Below, piece by piece: positions 5,819-11,143 of a stretch of 11,143 nt of DNA. The position numbers and the translations under genes are program-made. Each line of letters begins with the position of its first letter. Position 1 is the stretch's first letter. The notes beneath the pieces were generated by a model. The model ran no database searches and was not told the origin of the DNA. It saw only the letters and a list, made by a program, of their open reading frames with translations. Origin of the DNA: Candidatus Methylomirabilia bacterium (GTDB lineage Bacteria; Methylomirabilota; Methylomirabilia; Rokubacteriales; CSP1-6); NCBI GenBank assembly GCA_041496385.1, contig JBGQEL010000133.1, positions 1 through 11,143 on the forward strand, given 5' to 3'.

Positions 5819-7366
5819 ATGACGGGGCGGATCGTGACGGTCGGCGTGCCCTTGCTCCTGGCCGTCTGCCTCGCCTCCGGTCCGGCGGCCGCGCCCGCGG
5901 CCGGCGCGCGGAGCGACGGCCAGATGACCTGGGCCGTGCACTTCACGCTCGCGCCCCGGTGGCTCGATCCCGGTGACAACGAGGGCTCGATCACGCCGTT
6001 CCTCATGTTCTACGCCGTCCACGACGCCCTCCTGAAGCCGATGCCGGGCGGGCCGAGCACGCCCTGCCTGGCCGAGTCGTGGTCCGTCTCGCCCGACGGG
6101 CTCGTCTACGAGTTCGTCCTCCGCAACGGCGTCCGCTTCCACAACGGCGAGCGGGTGACCGCCGACGACGTGAAGTTTTCGTTCGAGCGCTACCGGGGCG
6201 CCTCGGCGCACATCTTCAAGGCGAAGGTGAAGGAGGTCCGCGTCGTCGACGCCCGCCACGTCCAGTTCCACCTCAAGGAGCCCTGGCCCGACTTCATCAC
6301 CTTCTACGGCACCACCGCGACGAGCGCCGGCTGGATCGTGCCCCGGAAGTACGTCGAGGCCGTCGGCGACGAGGGCTTCAAGAAGGCCCCGATCGGCGCC
6401 GGCCCCTATCGCGTCGTCTCCTCGACGCCGGGCATCGAGATCACGCTCGAGGCCTTCGACGGCTACTGGCGCAAGGCCCCGAGCGTCAAGCGGCTCGTCT
6501 TCCGGAGCCTGCCCGACGAGACCACGCGGGCCGCCGCGCTCAAGCACGGCGACGTGGACATCGCGTACTTCCTGAACGGCCCGATCGCCGAGGAGGTCAG
6601 GCGCACGCCCGGGCTCACTCTCCTCGCCGTCCGCAGCAACACCGTCTTCTTCCTCGACTTCCGCGACCAGTGGGACGCGGCCTCGCCCTGGCACGACGCG
6701 CGCGTCCGGCGCGCCGCGAGCCTGGCGATCGACCGGCGCGCGATCAACGCGGCCGAGCAGCTCGGGTTCGCCGGGCTCACCGGGAACGTCGTGCCCCGCG
6801 CGCTCGAGTTCGCGCTCGCGATCGAGGCGGATCCCTACGATCCGGCGCGCGCCCGGCGGCTGCTCGCGGAGGCGGGCCACGCGCGGGGCTTCGACGGCGG
6901 CGACTTCACCATCGCGCCCCCCTACGAGTCCGCCGGCGAGGCGATCGCGAGCTACCTGACGGCCGTCGGCATCCGCACGCGGATGCGGACCATGGAGCGG
7001 GCCACCTTCTTCTCCAGCTGGCCCGCGGGGAAGCTGAAGGGCGTGGTCTTCGGCGGCCTCGGCCCAGCCGGGAACGCGGCCACGCGGCTCCAGATCCTCG
7101 CCGTCAAGGGCGGCCCGTACGCCGCGGGCGTGCTCCCCGAAGTCCAGGACCTCTTCGAGCGGCAGGCGCGCGAGCTGGACCGCAAGAAGCGCGAGGCGCT
7201 GCTCCATCAGATCCAGCGCCTGCTCTACGAGCGCGCGGTGTTCGCGCCGGTCTGGGAGAACGGCTTCATCCGCGGCGTGGGGCCGCGGGTCGAGGAGGCG
7301 GCGCTCGCGCTGATTCCGTCCTATCCCTACTCGGCGCCCTACGAGGAGGTCAGGCTCAAGCCATGA
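5819..7366 (+). CDS. ABC transporter substrate-binding protein, family 5 (DppA/OppA/NikA-like), with N-terminal signal peptide
   Basis: It has a hydrophobic leader ending in Ala-rich AAGA. Motifs: LAESWSVSPDGLVYEFVLRNGVRFHNGERVTADDVKFSF, PIGAGPY, TRAAALKHGDVD, SPWHDARVRRA.SLAIDR and YDPARARRLLAEAG. A purine-rich GAGAGAGGG lies upstream. Confidence 0.95.
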   Translation: MTGRIVTVGVPLLLAVCLASGPAAAPAAGARSDGQMTWAVHFTLAPRWLDPGDNEGSITPFLMFYAVHDALLKPMPGGPSTPCLAESWSVSPDGLVYEFVLRNGVRFHNGERVTADDVKFSFERYRGASAHIFKAKVKEVRVVDARHVQFHLKEPWPDFITFYGTTATSAGWIVPRKYVEAVGDEGFKKAPIGAGPYRVVSSTPGIEITLEAFDGYWRKAPSVKRLVFRSLPDETTRAAALKHGDVDIAYFLNGPIAEEVRRTPGLTLLAVRSNTVFFLDFRDQWDAASPWHDARVRRAASLAIDRRAINAAEQLGFAGLTGNVVPRALEFALAIEADPYDPARARRLLAEAGHARGFDGGDFTIAPPYESAGEAIASYLTAVGIRTRMRTMERATFFSSWPAGKLKGVVFGGLGPAGNAATRLQILAVKGGPYAAGVLPEVQDLFERQARELDRKKREALLHQIQRLLYERAVFAPVWENGFIRGVGPRVEEAALALIPSYPYSAPYEEVRLKP

Positions 7367-8505
7367 ACTACACGCGGATCTCGGCCGACTGCCACATCGA
7401 CATGCCCTGGATGCCGCCCGAGCTCTTCACCGCGAACGCCTCCGCGGCCATGCGCGAGCGCATGCCCTACGTCACCGACGGCCCCGACGGGCCCCGCTGG
7501 ACCTCGAAGAACGGCGCGTCGTTCGGGCTCGTGGGCGGCGTGGGCCCCTCGGGCCAGAAGTACGTGCCCGGGGTGCACCACCGCGCCGACGTGATGGCGT
7601 CGACGGGACTCTACGAGGACGGCAAGAAGGGCATCCGCCGCCCGACGGATCCCCACCTGCGCGTGAAGGACATGGACCGCGACGGCGTACAGGCCGAAGT
7701 GATCTTCGGCATCCTGGGCGCGGCCACGCGGCTGGGCGACCACGAGGCGGCGGCCGAGATGTTCCGCATCTACAACGACTGGCTGGCCGACTTCTGCCGG
7801 CACTACCCCGACCGCCACCTCGGGCTCGCGTGCCTGCCGTACGGCGACATCGAGGCCGCCGTGCGCGAGATCCATCGCACGGCCAAGCTCGGCCTGCGCG
7901 GCATGGAGCTCTCGTGCTCCTGGGACATGGAGCCGATGTGGCATCCCGTGTGGGAGCCGCTCTGGCAGGCGGTCGACGAGGTGAACCTGCCGCTCCACTT
8001 CCACACGTTCCCCTCGCTGCCGCCCGGCGTCCGCGACAAGCTGACGGGCCTCACGCGCCGGTCGGCGATGTTCACGAGCGTCTCGGGGTTCCAGATGAAC
8101 CTCATCAACATCGTCGCGGCCGTGATCGGCAGCGCGGTCCTCGAGCGCTATCCCAACCTCCGCATCTCGCTCGGCGAGAGCGGGATCGGCTGGCTGCCGT
8201 ACGCGCTGGACCGCATGGACTTCGAGTGGGAGGACCGGTTCCGCGATCTCGGGCTCAGGATGAAGCCGAGCGACTACTGGCGCCGGCAGTGCAAGGCGAC
8301 GTTCCAGTTCGACCGGATCGGGACGAAGCTGATCGAGGACATCGGCGTCGAGACGCTCATGTGGGGCTCCGACTATCCGCACGGCGACGGCGTCTGGCCC
8401 GAGTCGTCGAAGTACATCGCCGAGCAGTTCGGTCACCTGCCCGCGGAGACGACCCACAAGATCGTGTGCGAGAATGCCGGGAAGTTCTACGGACTGATCC
8501 GGTAG
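7363..8505 (+). CDS. Amidohydrolase family 2 (TIM-barrel metal-dependent hydrolase/decarboxylase-like), paralog A, 380 aa
   Basis: The start is ATG 7363, overlapping the SBP stop (ATGA), not 6079. Motifs: ISADCHID, DMDRDGVQAEVIFG, YNDWLADFC, WEPLW, PLHFH, LERYPNLR..LGESGIGW, PSDYWRRQ, MWGSDYPHGDG and IVCENA. Confidence 0.92.
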   Translation: MNYTRISADCHIDMPWMPPELFTANASAAMRERMPYVTDGPDGPRWTSKNGASFGLVGGVGPSGQKYVPGVHHRADVMASTGLYEDGKKGIRRPTDPHLRVKDMDRDGVQAEVIFGILGAATRLGDHEAAAEMFRIYNDWLADFCRHYPDRHLGLACLPYGDIEAAVREIHRTAKLGLRGMELSCSWDMEPMWHPVWEPLWQAVDEVNLPLHFHTFPSLPPGVRDKLTGLTRRSAMFTSVSGFQMNLINIVAAVIGSAVLERYPNLRISLGESGIGWLPYALDRMDFEWEDRFRDLGLRMKPSDYWRRQCKATFQFDRIGTKLIEDIGVETLMWGSDYPHGDGVWPESSKYIAEQFGHLPAETTHKIVCENAGKFYGLIR

Positions 8506-8521
8506 CCCGGGAGGAATGACG

Positions 8522-9721
8522 ATGCGCTACGAGATGATCTCCGCCGACTGCCACATCGACCTCTGCTGGCTGCCGCCCGACCTGTTCGTCGCGAACGCCG
8601 CGCCCGAGCTGCGCGACCGGATGCCCCACGTCACGCAGGGGCCGAAGGGGCCGGTCTGGGGGACGAAGAAGGGCGCGGGCCTGGGCCTGGCCTGCGGCAT
8701 GGGCTCAGGCGGACGCGAGTACGTCCCGGGCCGGATCCATCGCGCCGACCGCATGGCCGCCACCGGGCTCTACGAGGACGGCAAGCGCGGCATCCGGCGG
8801 CTGACCGATCCCGAGCTCCGGCTGCGCGACCAGGACCGCGACGGCGTGCAGGCCGAGGTGCTCTACGGCATCCTCGGCGCGACCGGCCGGATGAACGACC
8901 CCGAGGCCGTGGTCGAGGTCATGCGGATCTACAACGAGTGGCTCGCCGACTTCTGCGGGACGCATCCGGACCGTTTCCTGGGGCTCGCGTCGATCCCAAA
9001 CAACCCCATCGACGCCGCCATCGCCGAGGTCGAGCGCGTCGCCAAGCGGGGCGCGGCGCGCGGACTGGACATCGCGAACTCGCCGGACCTCACGCCCCTC
9101 TGGGACCCGTACTGGAACCCGCTCTGGGAGGTCGTCAACGCCTGCGGCCTGCCGCTGCATTTCCACACCATCGGCACCCGGCTTCCGGAGAAGCTGCAGA
9201 CGCTCGTGTTCATGGGCTCCGACCTCTCGCGCGCCGGCGCGGACGTGACACCGGCCGAGAAGCGTCTGGCGCGCATGGCGTTCGCGACCCACATCACGGG
9301 CTTCCAGATCAACATGGCGAACGTGCTCATGTCCCTCATCTACGGCGGCGTCCTGGAGCGCTTCCCGCGCATCCGGGTCGTGCTCGGCGAGGCGGGCATC
9401 GGCTGGATCCCCTACATCCTCTGGCGCATGGACGGCGAGTGGGAGGACCAGTTCAAGGACCTCGAGCTCACGATGCCGCCGAGCGAGTACTGGCGGCGCC
9501 AGTGCTGGGCGACGTACCAGACGGACCCGGTGGGCGTCAAGCTCGTCGACGAGCTCGGCGCGGGCAAGATCATGTGGGGCTCCGACTTTCCGCATCCCGA
9601 CGGCGTCTGGCCCGACTCGCGGGAGTACGTCGCGCGGGAGCTGGGACACCTGCCCGACGCGGTGCGGCGCAAGATCGTCTGCGAGAACGCCATCGCGCTC
9701 TACGGGCTCGCGAGGCACTGA
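8522..9721 (+). CDS. Amidohydrolase family 2, paralog B, 399 aa
   Basis: It has the same motifs as paralog A (ISADCHID, PLHFH, LGEAGIGW, MWGSDFPHPDG). I prefer ATG 8522 over 8516 because GGAGG 8510-8514 is 7 nt upstream and the start aligns exactly with paralog A (offset 1159). Confidence 0.92.
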   Translation: MRYEMISADCHIDLCWLPPDLFVANAAPELRDRMPHVTQGPKGPVWGTKKGAGLGLACGMGSGGREYVPGRIHRADRMAATGLYEDGKRGIRRLTDPELRLRDQDRDGVQAEVLYGILGATGRMNDPEAVVEVMRIYNEWLADFCGTHPDRFLGLASIPNNPIDAAIAEVERVAKRGAARGLDIANSPDLTPLWDPYWNPLWEVVNACGLPLHFHTIGTRLPEKLQTLVFMGSDLSRAGADVTPAEKRLARMAFATHITGFQINMANVLMSLIYGGVLERFPRIRVVLGEAGIGWIPYILWRMDGEWEDQFKDLELTMPPSEYWRRQCWATYQTDPVGVKLVDELGAGKIMWGSDFPHPDGVWPDSREYVARELGHLPDAVRRKIVCENAIALYGLARH

Positions 9722-10686
9722 TGACCAAGATCCTCTTCGCGCCCCCCCAGCCCGACGCCGTCCTCGCGGTCGCGCGCGCGCTGACGCCGCCCGGCTTCGA
9801 GCTGGTCATCGCCGAGCCCGGGACGCCCGAGTTCTACGAGGCGGCCGCGGACGCCGAGTACTACCTCGGCCTCGCGCGCCGCATGGGCGGCGAGTTCTTC
9901 CGGTCGGCGCCCAGGCTCAAGCTCGTCCAGCTCCTCAGCGCCGGTTACGACCACGTCGACGTCGAGGCCGCGCGCAAGGCCGGCGTGCCCGTCTCGAACA
10001 ACGGCGGCGCCAACGCCATTGCCGTCGCCGAGCACGCGCTCATGCTCATGCTCGCGGTGTCCAAGCGCCTCGTCCAGTTCCACAACGACGTCGTCGCCGG
10101 CAAGTGGCGCGTCGGCAGTCTCGCCAACGTGCGCGTCTACGAGCTCGCCGGCAAGACGCTGGGCGTCGTCGGCCTGGGCAACATCGGCAAGAAAGTCGCC
10201 CGGCGCGCGCAGGCGTTCGACATGAAGGTCCAGTACTACGACATCGCGCGGCCGACCGAGGACCAGGAGGACGCGCTCGGGGTGCGCTTCGTCCTCCTGA
10301 CCGAGCTGCTGCAGACGTCGGACGTGGTGAGCCTCCACGTGCCGCTCGACGACAGCACGCGCAACATGATCTCCGCCCGCGAGCTCGCCCTGATGAAGCC
10401 GGGCGCGATCCTGATCAACACCTGCCGCGGCCCCGTCGTGGACGAGGACGCGCTGGCGCGCGCGCTGCGCGAGAAACGGCTCGCGGGGGCCGGGCTCGAC
10501 GTGCTGGTCCAGGAGCCGGCGCCCCCCGGGCACCCGCTCTACGCGCTCCCGACCGTGACCTTCACGCCGCACTCGGCCGGGCCGACCTGGGAGAACTGGA
10601 CGGCGCGGTTCAGGAACGGCTTCGACAATATCCAGCGCGTGGCCGCGGGCCGGCGGCCGCAGTGGGTGATCCCGGAGCTGGCATGA
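9721..10686 (+). CDS. D-isomer-specific 2-hydroxyacid dehydrogenase (SerA/GyaR-like family), probably NAD(H)-preferring, 321 aa
   Basis: The start is ATG 9721, overlapping the upstream TGA (TGATG), not 8938. Motifs: SAGYDHVD, AVAEHA, ELAGKTLGVVGLGNIG, YYDI, DVVSLHVPL, INTCRG, GAGLDV..QEP and TPHSAG (the Arg/Glu/His catalytic set). There is no C-terminal ACT domain. Confidence 0.95.
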   Translation: MTKILFAPPQPDAVLAVARALTPPGFELVIAEPGTPEFYEAAADAEYYLGLARRMGGEFFRSAPRLKLVQLLSAGYDHVDVEAARKAGVPVSNNGGANAIAVAEHALMLMLAVSKRLVQFHNDVVAGKWRVGSLANVRVYELAGKTLGVVGLGNIGKKVARRAQAFDMKVQYYDIARPTEDQEDALGVRFVLLTELLQTSDVVSLHVPLDDSTRNMISARELALMKPGAILINTCRGPVVDEDALARALREKRLAGAGLDVLVQEPAPPGHPLYALPTVTFTPHSAGPTWENWTARFRNGFDNIQRVAAGRRPQWVIPELA

Positions 10687-10727
10687 TCGCGGGGCACGCG
10701 CCGGAGAGCGAATTCAAGGAGGGTTCG

Positions 10728-11143
10728 ATGATCAACCGGTGGATGGCGGAGCGTCGTGTCGCAGGCCGCCAGCGAGGCTTCACCCTCATCGAGCTGATGA
10801 TCGTCGTCGCGATCATCGGCATCCTGGCGGCCATCGCCATCCCGCTCTACGCCAACGTACAGGCGCGGGCGCGGGTCGCCAAGGCCCAGGCCGATGCCCG
10901 CTCGCTGGCGTCGGCGGTGTCGATCTACTCCGCCCACATGGCGGTCATACCGTCGTCGCTCGCGTTGCTGACCGTGATCGCGACCAACGCGCAGAACATG
11001 ACGGCCGGGCCGTTCATGGCCTCGCTCCCGAGCGTGCCGGCGGGCTGGACCCCGAGCGCCGGCTACGCGTACGCGGGAGGCACGGCGGCGGGCACCTTCA
11101 ATATCTCCGCCGCCGGCGACTCCACGACCGTCTCGCTGCCGTA
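10728..11143 (+). CDS. Type IV pilin (PilA-like prepilin with N-terminal cleavage/methylation motif); runs to the window edge
   Basis: Not in the ORF track. SD AAGGAGGG is at 10716-10723 and ATG at 10728. It reads MINRWMAERRVAGRQRG|FTLIELMIVVAIIGILAAIAIPLY..., with G-1, F+1, E+5, G14 and P22. There are 138 full codons ending GDSTTVSLP, then 'TA' at the edge (a stop or Tyr). Confidence 0.93.
   Translation, partial: MINRWMAERRVAGRQRGFTLIELMIVVAIIGILAAIAIPLYANVQARARVAKAQADARSLASAVSIYSAHMAVIPSSLALLTVIATNAQNMTAGPFMASLPSVPAGWTPSAGYAYAGGTAAGTFNISAAGDSTTVSLP

Noticed and set aside
5858..5869. Lipoprotein lipobox in the SBP leader (LAVC)
   Set aside because: Val at -1 does not fit the usual G/A/S. 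An Ala-x-Ala signal peptidase I site further on is more plausible, though a signal-peptide predictor should confirm this.
6079..7362. 808-aa ORF 6079-8505 suggesting a long N-terminal extension or overlapping gene
   Set aside because: The upstream part is an Arg/Pro/Gly-rich alternative frame of the SBP gene. Similarity to paralog B starts exactly at ATG 7363.
8938..9720. 582-aa ORF 8938-10686 suggesting a fusion to the dehydrogenase
   Set aside because: The extension is an off-frame reading of amidohydrolase B. The dehydrogenase begins at ATG 9721.
819..10572. Long opposite-strand ORFs (819-2117, 2250-3317, 3512-4684, 4606-6006, 5540-7207, 7339-8457, 8705-9718, 9700-10572)
   Set aside because: These are shadow frames expected from GC3-biased codon usage. 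They mirror real genes and contain no recognisable motifs.
10679..10710. Sigma54 promoter for the pilin (TGGCATG at 10679-10685 or GGGCACG at 10692-10698)
   Set aside because: Neither -24-like GG has the required GC exactly 10 nt downstream (GG and AG are found instead).
10779..11141. Electrically conductive (Geobacter-type) pilin
   Set aside because: Only 8 F/Y/W occur in the 121 visible mature residues (about 6.6%), with long aromatic-free gaps, and it is not the short truncated type.

Overview
This is a high-GC (roughly 70% by eye) bacterial window, densely coding and mostly catabolic. Left to right it holds: a partial DppB/OppB-type ABC permease (-); an internally deleted metallo-beta-lactamase-fold pseudogene; a PIG-L/LmbE deacetylase; a D-aminoacylase-like amidohydrolase; a class III CoA-transferase (-) head-to-head with an ACAD10/11/LvaA-like phosphotransferase; a family 5 solute-binding protein; two tandem paralogous Amidohydro_2 enzymes; a D-2-hydroxyacid dehydrogenase; and a type IV pilin at the right edge. 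The supplied ORF track misses the permease and the pilin and over-extends several starts. I see no rRNA, tRNA, CRISPR array or mobile element. The most notable signals are the apparent microhomology-mediated deletion remnant, -10 boxes sitting directly before SD-less start codons, the same overlapping bidirectional -10 motif at both divergent junctions, and a possible variant hydroxyacyl-CoA phosphorylation pathway. The gene content resembles Candidatus Rokubacteria (Methylomirabilota), but that is only an impression. I cannot demonstrate a new biological system from this sequence alone, so the pathway ideas are hypotheses.
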